Source of the DNA: Epithemia pelagica
Taxonomy: Eukaryota > Protista > Bacillariophyta
Assembly: GCA_946965045.2 (NCBI GenBank)
Contig: OX337237.1
Location: forward strand, 248,001-312,000
Direction: 5' to 3'
Length of the DNA stretch: 64,000 bases
The notes under the pieces were generated by a model that saw only the letters and a program-made list of their open reading frames with translations, was not told the origin of the DNA and searched no databases. Numbering within the stretch: the first letter of the stretch is position 1; each line of letters starts with the position of its first letter. A program made the position numbers and the translations under genes. Shown here in pieces: positions 23,872-35,933 of this stretch.

Positions 23872-24239
23872 GAAGGGCTTAATCGTTTTGGAGGGGAAGT
23901 GCCTTCTCCCCTCTGAGGGAAGCTTGGAGCTTCCTAGAACATTTCATACGTCAGAGGAAACAAACGTGAGACTGCGAGCAATACGCGGATCGATTTCATG
24001 AAGGAATCTGACTTACGGAATCTCCTTCTTCTCTCCTTCTCTCTCCCCCTCCTCTCCCCCTCTCCTCTGCCTTCTCCCCCCCTATTTTCTCAGAGGATTC
24101 CCAAGTTTGAGGGGGCTGTCTCGCCCAGCGCCTCTCCGTTAATTATCCAAACATGCAAGCACGCCGTGCTCTGCAATAAACAAGTTCATATGAGTATGCA
24201 AGCCAGCCAGCATGGCATCAAATATTACTGACTGTAAGA

Positions 24240-24249
24240 TGTGCGCACA
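24240..24249. promoter_or_regulatory. Palindrome TGTGCGCACA upstream of all three exostosin copies
   Basis: Exact copies at 24240-24249, 28045-28054 and 35835-35844, in otherwise diverged upstream DNA. Confidence 0.55.
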
Positions 24250-24311
24250 AGCACAGCCGCGGAGGAGTCTCACATTCTCTTCCATAATAATATTATTTTT
24301 TATACCGAAGT

Positions 24312-25997
24312 TTGTGTTGGGCACTAGTGGCCAGTGTTACGGTGGTTTGGCAGTTCCAAATTGTAGTGGAGTTGTCTCGCTATGTTTCGTCGACAGCAAT
24401 GGTGTCCTCATCGTCGTCCTCCCTCAGCAGCATCAGCAGCAGTAGCAACAATACTCTTGTTGTGGTGGACCATCGTAATCATGAGAATGGGACAGTCACA
24501 GGTTCCACCCATTCCGACACCACCACCAGCACCATTAGCCAGAACTACAGCAACCAGAACAATCAGAACAACAATAAGACAGTTTGGTGGCCCCATTCCT
24601 TGGTTCAGGACAAGACCTTGGAGTGGGATCCAAAGGTGCACCGTCCCTGGTTGGATCCGAATGCACCACCTCCTCCAGCCGTAATTTTGCTCACGAGTTT
24701 TGGATGGAATCATGTCAATCAACAATGGGCCTTGACCATTCCTCGCAGTATTCGGGAAACCGAACTGTTGACCGGTGTCATTAACCACCCATGGTTTCAT
24801 CCAACCCTGTGGAACGAACTGGAACAACATTATCAGAAACGAACACGACAACCACCACAATCACCACCACCAGGCTCCAACACAACCAACAACCACAACA
24901 AGATTCCAACCAGACTCCCTCCCCCGGGCACACGGATTTATGTATTTTTGGATCAACCGCAGTGTGGAGAATCCAATTACCCCGTGTACGGTGGGAAAGG
25001 AACCGCCAATATGGATGTTGCCTTGGGTCGACCGGGTCACCAAACCCGATCTACGTTACCCTTGGAACAACCATCCTCCAAGAATCCACTGTGGTCGAGT
25101 CGAACCTTTCAAAAGCTTCGCCGTAAGTCCTCGGGGTTTCCCACCATGGCGATTGTGTTCAATTGCAATGGCTACGGTGTGGGTGCGGTACGGCGCCAGG
25201 ATGCGCACATTCGCGCAACTGGATCCCTCGCCAAGGCCTCGTACCTGTCCATTGCGACACTCTCCTCCCTCATTTCGCATGTTCGGGAAGATGTCGATCA
25301 AGGATTGGTACCACCCACGCCAAAGCCCTCGCAATTGACTCGGCAACAAGTACAGGATATCGACACGTGTGCGGCCGAAACCCATCGGCCCTTTTACTTT
25401 GTCTACGCCGGCAATTTTCGATCTGGTAGCAATTCCGAGTTTCATTGTCGTCATGGTGGAGCACGAGGTTCGTATGAACGGCTCAATGACAATCAACGCA
25501 TTTTCGTCTCACGGTATTTTAAACCCACGGAATTCAATCGATCCGCCTTGTCCAATTACTCGTATCCCGAATTCATGGCCCGGGCCGTCTTTGCCTTGGC
25601 GGCACGGGGAGACAACAAATTTCTGTACCGTTTTTCCGAAGTCTTGTCGGCCGGGGCCATTCCCGTGGTGCATGCCGATGATTGGGTGTGGCCCTTTCGT
25701 CCCGAATTGGTGAATTTGACGGACTGTGCCGTGATTCTTCCGGAAAAAGATGCCGGTCACACGACCTTGGCCTATTTGGACACGATTTCTCTGAAACAAC
25801 GCTGTAGCATGGGACAAGCGTGCTATCGAATTTACAAAGACTATGTGGAAACCACGGTGGGAACCATCCACGGGTTGGTCCAAGGACTGGAACGGGTGCA
25901 GACACAGCAACAATTAGGAGGATCACCGTTGAAATTGCAAGGTGTCCGGTGCGACCAATTTGTGAATGCCAGCCGTGACTGCAATCTCCAACGGTAG
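24312..25997 (+). CDS. Exostosin-family (GT47) glycosyltransferase, copy 1 (start codon before the signal anchor missing)
   Basis: Motifs FALAARGDNKFLYRFSEVLSAGAIPV and DDWVWPF. There is an in-frame TAA at 24288-24290 and no ATG until 24399, which lies downstream of the hydrophobic anchor. Confidence 0.8.
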   Translation: MCWALVASVTVVWQFQIVVELSRYVSSTAMVSSSSSSLSSISSSSNNTLVVVDHRNHENGTVTGSTHSDTTTSTISQNYSNQNNQNNNKTVWWPHSLVQDKTLEWDPKVHRPWLDPNAPPPPAVILLTSFGWNHVNQQWALTIPRSIRETELLTGVINHPWFHPTLWNELEQHYQKRTRQPPQSPPPGSNTTNNHNKIPTRLPPPGTRIYVFLDQPQCGESNYPVYGGKGTANMDVALGRPGHQTRSTLPLEQPSSKNPLWSSRTFQKLRRKSSGFPTMAIVFNCNGYGVGAVRRQDAHIRATGSLAKASYLSIATLSSLISHVREDVDQGLVPPTPKPSQLTRQQVQDIDTCAAETHRPFYFVYAGNFRSGSNSEFHCRHGGARGSYERLNDNQRIFVSRYFKPTEFNRSALSNYSYPEFMARAVFALAARGDNKFLYRFSEVLSAGAIPVVHADDWVWPFRPELVNLTDCAVILPEKDAGHTTLAYLDTISLKQRCSMGQACYRIYKDYVETTVGTIHGLVQGLERVQTQQQLGGSPLKLQGVRCDQFVNASRDCNLQR

Positions 25998-26149
25998 TAT
26001 AGTAAAGATAACCACAAGAAGAAGGACGACGACGAGGCGACGGAGGAACCCAATCTATACCCTATCGTCTACCATGTCTACCTAGAGGATGTTTAAATTG
26101 ATGGTACACACGAATAGCACGAATGGCGGCAGTGTGAAGTATTCATATG

Positions 26150-27170
26150 CATCCTATTCTGGTCTTGGCATTTTTCGTGTACTTGGATTCGAATGGTGCT
26201 CCACATACGACAAAAGAAGGACGCACATCTACGACGCACAGCTTGAAGACAGGCACCCATTTATGATGAGGATTCTCACATGCAATCTACCTAACTTTAA
26301 GGATCCGAATGATGACAGCCTCCGTCTTTGTTTGGTATCAAGGATCTGCACGATACTGGAGTCATGCTCCTATAGATTTACTGGATGGGCAGCCTCTCCC
26401 AACAAGCAACTTGTTGGCCATTGCACATTATGCTGTCTGGGACTGCCAAGCGGAATTTTCCTTGCCCACTTTGATCTGGGAAGGTCCGGATCGACATTGT
26501 TCACACAACGCTGCTAGAAAATGACAACAACAACGACGACGACGACCTGCCTTCGGCCGTAACACCATTTCTGGATACAAAGAGTCCCATACCCACCGAT
26601 GAATGGTTCTTGACAGGTTCGTCGTCGTCGTCCATGACTAGAGAAACGAAACCTCACAAAAAAAACTTGTCTTTGTCGTCGTCCATGACAAGAGAAACGA
26701 AACCTCACGAAAAAAGACTTGTCTTCATCGTCGTCCACGACTAGAGAAACGAAACCTCACGAAAAAAGACTTGTCACTCTGTCGTTGTATTGGTGTCAAG
26801 AATCTACACACTACTGGAGTAATGCTCCTCGATTGACCGGATGGGCTGCCTCTTCCAACAAGCAACTACCTATATTCAAGAGCCCGACGAGCAAGAGAAC
26901 ACTCGATGCTTTCTTGACTCTGGTGTGTCCTTGTTTGTGTGTGGCTGCGCGTTTGAATCCAGGAAAAAGAGAGTCTGTGCCGCAGGCTGCCGCTGCCGCA
27001 GTGTGGCGTACAAGCATGGAGAGAGGATCATGCTGGGACAAGGGTACCATCCACACCAAGGAAATTGGCCGCAAAATGCCCAAACAACAGAGAATGCTGC
27101 AGTTCACCGTGGGCAAACAGGAATAGCCATGCCAGTGAGTCGTCCAGGCCAGACGATTCGACTTCCTTGA
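26150..27170 (-). pseudogene. Decayed ankyrin-like gene relic downstream of exostosin copy 1
   Basis: Broken minus-strand words VVACWKRQPIRSIEEH, DPLHAC and ILHTAA. DNA similarity to 30280-31010, 38270-38540 and 44890-45400. The ankyrin assignment is tentative. Confidence 0.35.
26624..26775. repeat. Three tandem copies of a 51-52 bp minisatellite
   Basis: Unit GTCGTCGTCCATGACTAGAGAAACGAAACCTCAC(A/G)AAAAAA(A/G)ACTTGTC starts at 26624, 26675 and 26727, with no spacers. Confidence 0.9.
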
Positions 27171-28216
27171 TCACCAACAACACTTCTATGGAATAGTGGG
27201 ATTCGAAATCGGCACCCTCTCTTCTTTGTACGCACGAGACTGCTGGAGACGAGAGACAGAAAGAATGTGTGTGTGTTGGATGGAGCTTGAGCTCAACTGT
27301 GGATGGAGGAAGGAATGTGGCGTGGGGGAATGTTACACAACCACCCATTCTTGGTAGGAGGAGGAGGAGGATCATCCATGGATTCTATTGTATGAGAGCG
27401 GGATATCCCGATAACCACATATATACACTGAAGTTGTGGTTGGAGATGCTGCATACAACAACACAAATACTAGTTTGAATTGTAGTTCAGTTCGATTCAC
27501 TGGATTCGCAATAGAATACAGCAGGTATCAAAATTCGAACACACACTGTTCACGTCATTACTTTAGTCTATGCACTATATAGTTTGCTATTTTCCAAACT
27601 ACAGGAACTCAAATGTGTTGGTTTTGTGAGATGGGTACCGATCTTCTAGAGGTAGTAACTAGGTAGATGGCATCTCTGCAACAGCGGTGTCGACGTCGTC
27701 CTTGGCAAATTCATACCACACACATGGGTGTGGTGGTCGACCACCATGAGTACAGGAACACCCAACAGTTTCGTTTGTGTGAGTGGAATGAGACCCTTTG
27801 AACTACATTGCTACGACGGGTTGTGTGTTATAGTTGATCGACTTTGGTTGGCCCACCTCTTCGTTTCTCGAATCGAGAGACCGCGATTCCAAAGTTTGTA
27901 GGGTTGTCTCGCCCCCGGTGCCTCTTTCTCCATACGCCAGCAGCTCTTAAATAATTGTGAGAGCGAGAGAAAACGCTTCTATGCCAGCCTATATATATAT
28001 ATTGCACTGCCGCGAAAAAAGTCCAACGTATACCCAACAGACAATGTGCGCACAGCGCACATGCACCATGCACAACTGTACTGTGGAGCTTTTCCCCCAC
28101 CCTCCGCATACTTCATAGCAGACATAGCAGGAAGAGAATTCACTCCCAACTTTTTTCCAACACACCGAGAGTGGAGTGGAGAGGAGAGAGAGAGATTGAG
28201 AGCCCAAAAAAACGAA

Positions 28217-29916
28217 TGACGGATCTACCTTGCTTCAAACGAAGAAGAAGAAGACCCTTCATGGTGTGTTTGGCACTGGTGGTCAGTTCCTCGGTGGTAT
28301 GGCAGTTTCTCATTGGAGTAGACTTGTCTCGCATCAGCAGCAACAACAGCTGCATCAGCAGCAACATCAAGTTTCTTGTGGTGGACCATTCGGAGCATGA
28401 GAATGTGACTGTCACAGGTTCCACCCATTCAGACACCACCACCAGCCACGACAATAACATCATCAACAACAACACGACAGTTTGGTGGCCCCATTCCTTG
28501 ATTCACGATGAGACCTTGGAGTGGGATCCTCATGTGTACCGTCCCTGGTTGGATCCGAATGCACAACCTCCTCCAGCCGTGATTGTGCTCACGAGTTTTG
28601 GATGGAATCACCGGAATCAAACATGGGGCCGCATGTTTGCTCGTGGTATTCGGGAAAGGGAACTCTTTACCGGTGTGATCAATCACCCCTGGTTCCATCC
28701 CACGCTATGGGACGAACTAGAGCAACTCTATCAGAAACGACCACGACAACAACAACAACAACAACCTGCAGGCTCGAACGGACCCCTCCTGGCCACAACC
28801 ATCAACAACAACATGACAACAAGACTCCCTCCCTCGGGGACACGCATTTATATATTTTTGGATCAGCCGCAATGTGGAGAACCCTGTTACCCCATTTACG
28901 GTGTGGGAAAGGAACAAAATATGGATCGCATGTTTGGTCGAGTCTTGGGAGGAGACAAGGGCTACGTACCCCGATATACGGGAAGAACACCCTTGGAAAA
29001 AGCATCCAATCCACTCTTGTCAAGTCGAACCTTTCAAAAGCTTCGTCTTTCGAGCTTTCCCACGACGGCCATTTTGTTTCATTGCCATGGTTACGGTGTG
29101 GGCGCTGGATGGCACAACCCGCACATTCGAAGGAATGGATCCCTCGCCAGTGCCTCGTACCTTTCCATTGCCACACTCTCGTCCCTCATTTCTCAAGTTC
29201 AGGAACATGTCGATCAAGGATTGGTACCACCCATGCCAAAGCCCTCGCAGTTGACCCAGCAACAAGTCGACGACATTGACACGTGTGCCGCCGAAACCAA
29301 TCGGCCTTTTTATTTCGTCTACGCCGGCAATTTTCGAAACGGCCGCAATACCGACTTTGAGCGTCGGCATGGAGGTGGAGCACGGTCTTCCTATCAAACC
29401 CTCAATGACAATCAACGCATGTTTGTCTCGCGCTATTTCAAACCCACCGAATTCAATCGGTCCGCCCTATCCCAGTACTCGTATCCTGAATTCATGGTCC
29501 GGGCCGTCTTTGCCTTGGCGGCACGGGGCGACATGAAATATTCGTACCGTTTTTCTGAAGTCTTATCGGCGGGTGCCATTCCGGTCGTTCATTCCGATGA
29601 TTGGGTCTGGCCCTTTCGTCCCGAATTGGTCAATTGGACGGACTGTGCCGTGATTCTTCCCGAAAAGGATGCTGGCAACACTACGTTGGCCTATTTGGAA
29701 ACCATTTCTTTGGAACAACGCTGTCGCATGCGACAAGCGTGTTATGGCATTTACAAAGACTACGTCGAAACCACGGTGGGAACCATCAACGGACTGGTCC
29801 AAGGACTGGAACGGGTGCAAACGCAACGACAGGAAGGAAAAGCACCGCTGAAATTGCAAGGCGTCCGGTGCGACCAGTTTGTGAATGCCAGCCGTGACTG
29901 CAATCTCCAACGGTAG
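28217..29916 (+). CDS. Exostosin-family (GT47) glycosyltransferase, copy 2 (intact)
   Basis: ATG at 28217, then a basic stretch (KRRRRRP) and a TM anchor typical of a type II Golgi protein. Motifs FALAARGDMKYSYRFSEVLSAGAIPV and DDWVWPF. Confidence 0.9.
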
Positions 29917-30279
29917 CAGAGAGAAATCACAAGAGAATTGACGGATGAATCCGATCTACCCTATTCTCGCTTCTACTGATATTCCGCTAATGGAGGAGCT
30001 TCTATAATGCGGTACCCGAATCTCACAAGTTGGAAGAGCACAGCGAGACCGCGAGTCCTGGAACTATACATATTTATCCAATTCTGGTCTCGACGTTCGT
30101 TTCGGGCTCACCGATTCGAATGGTGCTCCATACACGACGTGAAGGACGCACAGCCGCTGTGTACCGCTCGATAGCAACAGGCACATATCCTTAGTATGAC
30201 TCCAACAACCAATCTGCGGGCCTGGATTGAATTCTGTGGAACAGCAGTTTTGTGGCCTTTGTGGAGGATTGGAATAATG

Positions 30280-31010
30280 GCAGTCTCGTGCTACTAGATT
30301 GACCTGATCGGTAGCCTCTCCCAACAAGCAACTAATACCTATTTAGAAAAGCTGGGCGAGCAAGTGTCTGCGCGTTTGAATCAAGAAAGAAGAGATCCTG
30401 TCTTACAGGCTGCGACTACCGCTGTCTGCCGTACAATCATAAGGAGAGGATCATGCTGGGACAGCCGATGGGGACAAGGGTACCATCCATATCAAGGCAA
30501 TCGACCGCAAACTGTCCATGCAAAAGAGAATTCGCCAATCATTTCAGCATGTGCATACAATACAGGAAAAGCCATGACAGTGAAACATCCGCGCCAGTCG
30601 TTGACACAGTGGAAGTATCAGTGGTGGAAACCACGCCATGATGAAAACGCCTGGAGCAGTGTATCAATCATCCTGGGTGCTGTAATCATCCAGGGTGTCG
30701 TTATGGCTAGACATTGTTCCTAAGGTGTCCTGATCCAACGTGGATTCGATTCCCTTGGTAGGTTGCGATCGAGTTCCGTTGTCCCGAAAGATATGTAATA
30801 GCAAGGGAATGAAGGAGGATGCGCTTACACTTTCCCATTGTCCGGTCGTCTTGAGTTTGGGCAATGGGATTTTGGTTGAGAGCTTCTAACCAACGACGCT
30901 TATTTTGTGGCGGCAAAGGGACGGAGAGCCCACTGGCGTCTTTGTCTTGTCTAAGACCAAATAGTGAAACAGCAGCGCCCTTGAGCAAAGCAAGTCCCGT
31001 AGAACTTCAA
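30280..31010 (-). pseudogene. Decayed ankyrin-like relic downstream of exostosin copy 2
   Basis: Shares GCCTCTCCCAACAAGCAACT, GAGGATCATGCTGGGACA and GGAGAGCC..GGCGT..AAGACCAAA blocks with the other relic copies. Multiple stops. Confidence 0.35.
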
Positions 31011-31650
31011 TTCGACTGCGAGAGATTCCGTACAATCGACTCAAAGGACTGTACAAACGGAATGCCTTCCATTACCTCTATGGACCAACACAGAACGTAA
31101 CACGCCACGGTAGATCCCACTACAGATTCGCCGGCGAGAGCGAAACACATCCCCGTAACAGGCACACACCAAAGGACCCATTGCATGTCCATGGAGGAGC
31201 GAACATGTTCGTGACTTGTTCACAAGACTCAAACAACTCCCTCGCGTGTTCAAACAACTGCAAGACACCTCCTATATTCTTGTTAAGTCTTTAAAGTCTA
31301 TGGGGAGAGAGGGTTCAATGGTATATAGCCAATATAACAGGACTGATCTACTATAGACGACATGAGTACAACGGTTCGTTGGTTGGTTGGTTTTATGGGT
31401 ACCGATCTAGGTGGCGTGTCCACAAAACAAGGACCTTCTGTTGTCGTCGTTGTAGAGTCCTGTGCCTTGTGTCCGATTGGTGCTAGTTCTCTCTCCAAAG
31501 GGACTGTGGTTCGTTTCGCCAGGTTGGTGGATACACAGGGTTTCTTTCGTCTGAGATGGATGCTTCGACTGTCGTTTCATGGTGACGACTTTTTTTCACG
31601 TTACTGTGCTCTATTGTTTCTCGAATCGAGTGCTCCGAATTCCAGAGTCT

Positions 31651-31765
31651 GGTTCACCCAGCGCTCCATCCAAGAAGAGTGTCCGAAACATAGGGGACAA
31701 AAATGGCTGGGTCACCCAGCGCACCATCCAAGAAAAGTGTCGTCAGTCGTCAGACAAAAATGGCC
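31651..31765. repeat. Imperfect two-copy tandem repeat of ~60 bp at the LINE 3' boundary
   Basis: GG(T/G)TCACCCAGCGC(T/A)CCATCCAAGAA(G/A)AGTGTC...GACAAAAATGGC occurs twice. Confidence 0.75.
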
Positions 31766-34700
31766 GGGGGACCAACGGACGAAGCACGCCAGCTATGTAA
31801 TAAACAATCGACACAAAATCGCAAAGTACACGCGTATCCCGAACATAAGCAGGAGTACTTCAAAACCAGGGACAAAAAAAAAAGGAAATATCTATTTAAA
31901 CGCTGCCGCACGCTCCCCACAGGGAGACGTCGACCGACGCGCCGGGCCAAAAATAGTCTAACCAGACTACCAAGGCGAGGACTAACAGCAGATGAAGGTA
32001 GCTAACCAACACCTGCAGACGAGAGAATCATAGGCTTCCATGTGTTAAGCCACACACGGAGCTGCGATGATTGAGTTTCTTGTTGAAAATGTTCAGCTGT
32101 GGAAGAATAGAAAATGACACGGTCAGCAGGTCGAACCAATGGTCGAAGAAGATAGAGGTCGATAATTTCCCGTTGCGCGGAATGCAAGGCGGCCTGCTCC
32201 CTCGTGGAAGCGTCGTGGCCATGAAGATCCAAATTACGTCGTAACCACAGATCATGTATGTGCTGCCACAAGATTTTAATGGTGCCCGAGATCACGCGAG
32301 AACCAGAGAACTTAGAGGGATTCAAACCACGAGCGCGTACATACTGGTCTTGAAGTGAAGCCCAATCACGAACAAATCGTCCAAAAAATAAATGTTGCCA
32401 TCCAACAGAGGCTTGACGGGCAATGAGAACACGGTAAGCAACAGGCACAGAGGGAAACACCATGGGGGAATCACCAAGCCATAATAGCAAGGCTTCATGG
32501 AGCACGGACTGTAGAGTGGGATCAAAACATTTATCCGACCAAAAGGTGAACATCTCATCAAACAAAGGACCAGTCCAGTTCTGCCGATGAGAGCATCGGA
32601 GGAAATGATCAACATCTTCGAGAGAATCAGGACAGTTGGGGCAGGTAGCGAGGTAGTGTGATGCATAATGTTGTGTGAGTTTCCCCAAAGGGAGCCATCC
32701 ATGAACGAACTTAGTAATGAAATGCCGATGACCAAAGTTGGCGCGGATAACACTGCTATGAATTTCCCAGTCGACCAAATGGAACACTTGGTAACTCCAC
32801 TTGTACTTGGTTCGCATGTAGTCAATAATTATAGGATCGCTCGACAGTCGACGCAAGTTGGCACGGTAGTTTGATGAAATCGTACCGTTGGGACCATGAA
32901 GAATCGCTGCGCTTCCAGCAATTAGAGCACATTGTTGACTAGAGATGTCGTGGGGATAAGAGAATGAACCGGCAAGAGAATCAGCTTGAATATTCAGTTG
33001 TGCGGGAAGAGGTAAAGTTTCAACAGAAGCAGACCGATCCTGGTGACCCTTGACGTGTTGAACACTGGGACATGAATCAAACTGACGGATAGAGTGCGAG
33101 ATCGATTGCTGTATATCCCAATCACTTGTCATTGTTGAGTAAGGGTACTCCACTAACCATTCCAGACGTTTCGTGACCGTATCCACCAAACTTTGAGAAT
33201 CAGTGTAAAGAGCTAGGTCGGAGGGCAATGCCAGTTGGTAGAATTGGCATACATGGAAAATAGCACGGAGAATCGCCAGAAAACCATAACTCTCCGCACG
33301 GAACGAAGAGGTACGAAACCCAGGTGCAGGGCCAGACATCGAAAAGAGTGGCTGATTGTCAAGGGTGGTGCACTGGACACCGAAACTGCCGCAAAACATA
33401 GGAGCAGAACCATCGCTAACTGCCAGAATGGACACTTGATTCTGAAGAAATCCACAAAACTCATCGGCGGAACATCCAAAGCTAAACCCCTGTAACAAAT
33501 TCCGTTCTCATGGCGACAAGGTAGCAACATAAGATGCAAAAGTGGGTAGAGATGGTGACTCAGGAGGCGGTTGCGGAGGAGAATGTACCAATGGCAAGAG
33601 AATGCCACCCGGGTACGTCCGATACGTAACTGGGACAGATGCGGAAGGAACCAGGATGGTGGTGTCCGATGTGGGGAAAAACCACCCAAACTTGGGTTGA
33701 TAAATGCGAAACGTGGTGCCGGTATAGACAAACAGTCTAGAACTGGTAAGGCAAAGGTAGGAGTGCCATTTTCGGTGAGTGTTGCTACCCGTCTTAATCC
33801 AGGGGCCAAGGGGTTGAGCAAGTCGACGAGTCGGACGACCACCAGAAGCAAAAAGACAGTCCAAGAAGCGGCGCCAAGAATTCCACGCTTTGATACTGGG
33901 ACGTTCTTGATAAGGGTTCAAGTCTCGCAAAGAAGATGTAGTAGATTGAATACCCTGGTAACTCTCATTAGTAATCGTCGTCCCGTTGCAGGTTGTGATG
34001 TCGTTGATAAAAACTGACCCAAGGTAGAGGCGGCAAGCATTAATCATGAGTAACTCTGTGTCGGATTCGGTGAAGGAAAGAGCGTGATCCATGATGAAGG
34101 AGTTGTTCATACGCTGAAGGGATGGAATGAAGGTTTGTTCCAGTTCAATCCGACATTGAATAGACGACAAGTATTGGCGAACTTGTGGAAGCCACTGCAT
34201 GGGTACCAAATGCGGCAATGGGATTATCACATTGTCCAATGTAGAAAAACTAGTGCCTGCGAGACACTGACCCCACGAAATCATGATGTGTGCTAATTGA
34301 CGGTGTATGCCTTCCGAGCGTAAGCATGCGAGAAACATATAGACCTGAGAAACGCCTCGTTCCGTAGAAAGTGCGCGCAGCCCAATCCCACCATAAGCTG
34401 ATGAACCATACACCACTGCGTTGGGGGTACATCTGTTGTAGCCGGCTTTAGGAAGCAGGACCTTTTTGAACTGTCGCTGTAGTGCGTTGCAGTGCCGATC
34501 AGAGAGGCAAGACGACGGCATCGAGTAAATAATACTAGGGAGGTATACGGCGTGGTAATAGGCCCACGCGTCCGTGCGGGTGAACGGACTGCGGGTCATC
34601 ACCTGCGTATGTGTTGTATTTTTCTTCAGCATGGCCTGAAATAAGCTGCGGTCGGTCGAGGACGGTGCCTTTTGGACGCCAAGGGTTTTGTGGCTTTCAT

Positions 34701-35603
34701 ATGCAGACAATTGCCTTAGGGGGCAAGGTGGCTCATGCGGATGAAACTGGATAGTAATTTGAGGACCAACTCGGCCACTGTTGAGGTAAGGAGTCCCATC
34801 AACTGTGAACGAGAAGTAGAGAAAGTGGTAGGAACACTTTGTCGTCTCGAGAGCTCCACCTGAGGTACGGAGGATATCATGCCATCGTTGAGCGTCAGAC
34901 TGTGCGCGATTGATGTAATGTTCCATTGATGCTTGGCGTGGGAGGTCAAAATCGTTGACGCTCCCGCTTGTATCGTCGACGAAACCCACCATAAAAATTC
35001 GTGCTTGCACTGTGCCATCCGGTGATTGGAAGGTCGCTCCATTAGCTTTCTCGTCATAGGCGTCAAACAATATTGTGCTTATGACGCACCAGATTGCTGG
35101 AGAGTTCCCGGCACCTTGGCCGGAGCCGTAAATAGGAAAGATTCGACAATGCTTGTAGGATCGATCAGAGACACCGAGTTGTGTCTTCAGATAATATTTC
35201 GCGTCTTCTAAAGTCTTGGCATTAATGAAAACAATCGATCGATGTTGTCCAAAAGAGCGAGAAGCCAAACTGCCAAACGACATGACAATCCTGTCATAAC
35301 ACGCCGTGGCATCGTAGTCGAGATGAACCAATGGACAACGGCTTGCGCGGCAAATTTCATATTGAAATTCTTCGATCAGAGTAGGTAAAATTGCATCTTT
35401 TCCGGGGACAGCGCCGAATTGGCCTGGATGAAGAAGTTGATTGTTTGAACCGTTTTGAATCAACTGACGCCACTTGATAGCTAAGATTAGATTGTAATCT
35501 TGCTCATACAAGTGTATCACTCGTAACCGGTGGATGCGATGATTGTTAGGTTCTTTCAAAATCATAACGTTGACGATGCTTTTCCATCGCTCCATGCAGT
35601 ACT
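31712..35603 (-). mobile_element. 5'-truncated non-LTR retrotransposon (Ambal-like LINE): RT, RNase H and CCHC motif, one premature stop
   Basis: RT motifs HLDYDATACYD, GSGQGAGNSP and GFVDD. RNase H motifs VSDGS, RAESYG, YTDSQS, HVKGHQD and NIQAD. Zinc motif CPNC...HFLRC. ORFs 35595-33508 and 33498-32002 share one frame separated by a single TGA. No endonuclease domain or ORF1. The 3' boundary is inferred from a candidate 15-bp TSD. Confidence 0.88.
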
Positions 35604-35933
35604 ACAAAAATGGCTGGGACCAATCGGCTAAGTAATCGAGAAAAATCGCCAGCCCGCATCGTACCGCCCCCGGTCAAGAAGGGACCGACGGACGAACGAG
35701 GAACGGACATTGCACCCAAAGAAGATCCCAAGAGGTTTGCAAGGCTACGTCGACGTTTGTTGAGATAGTCAGAATGACTACTCCCAACAAACAAACTTGG
35801 ACGATTCAGCCAAATTCCAACCACCGCGAGAAATTGTGCGCACAAAATGGTCTACGAGCACATTTCCCAGACGCGAGGAACTTTTCCAACACACACAAAC
35901 ATACATCATTTCTCGATAGAAGAAAGAGAAAAA

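Noticed and set aside
20012-23966. TTTGTTTCCTC (~20015) and GAGGAAACAAA (~23954) as transposon TIRs
   Set aside because: Only ~11 bp match, the extension is poor, spacing to the internal motifs is asymmetric and I found no TSD.
26624-26775. CRISPR-like array
   Set aside because: The units are contiguous with no unique spacers, the context is eukaryotic and no cas genes are present.
31862-31884. A-run at ~31874-31883 as the LINE poly(A) tail
   Set aside because: It is on the wrong strand; a minus-strand element needs a T-run on the plus strand.
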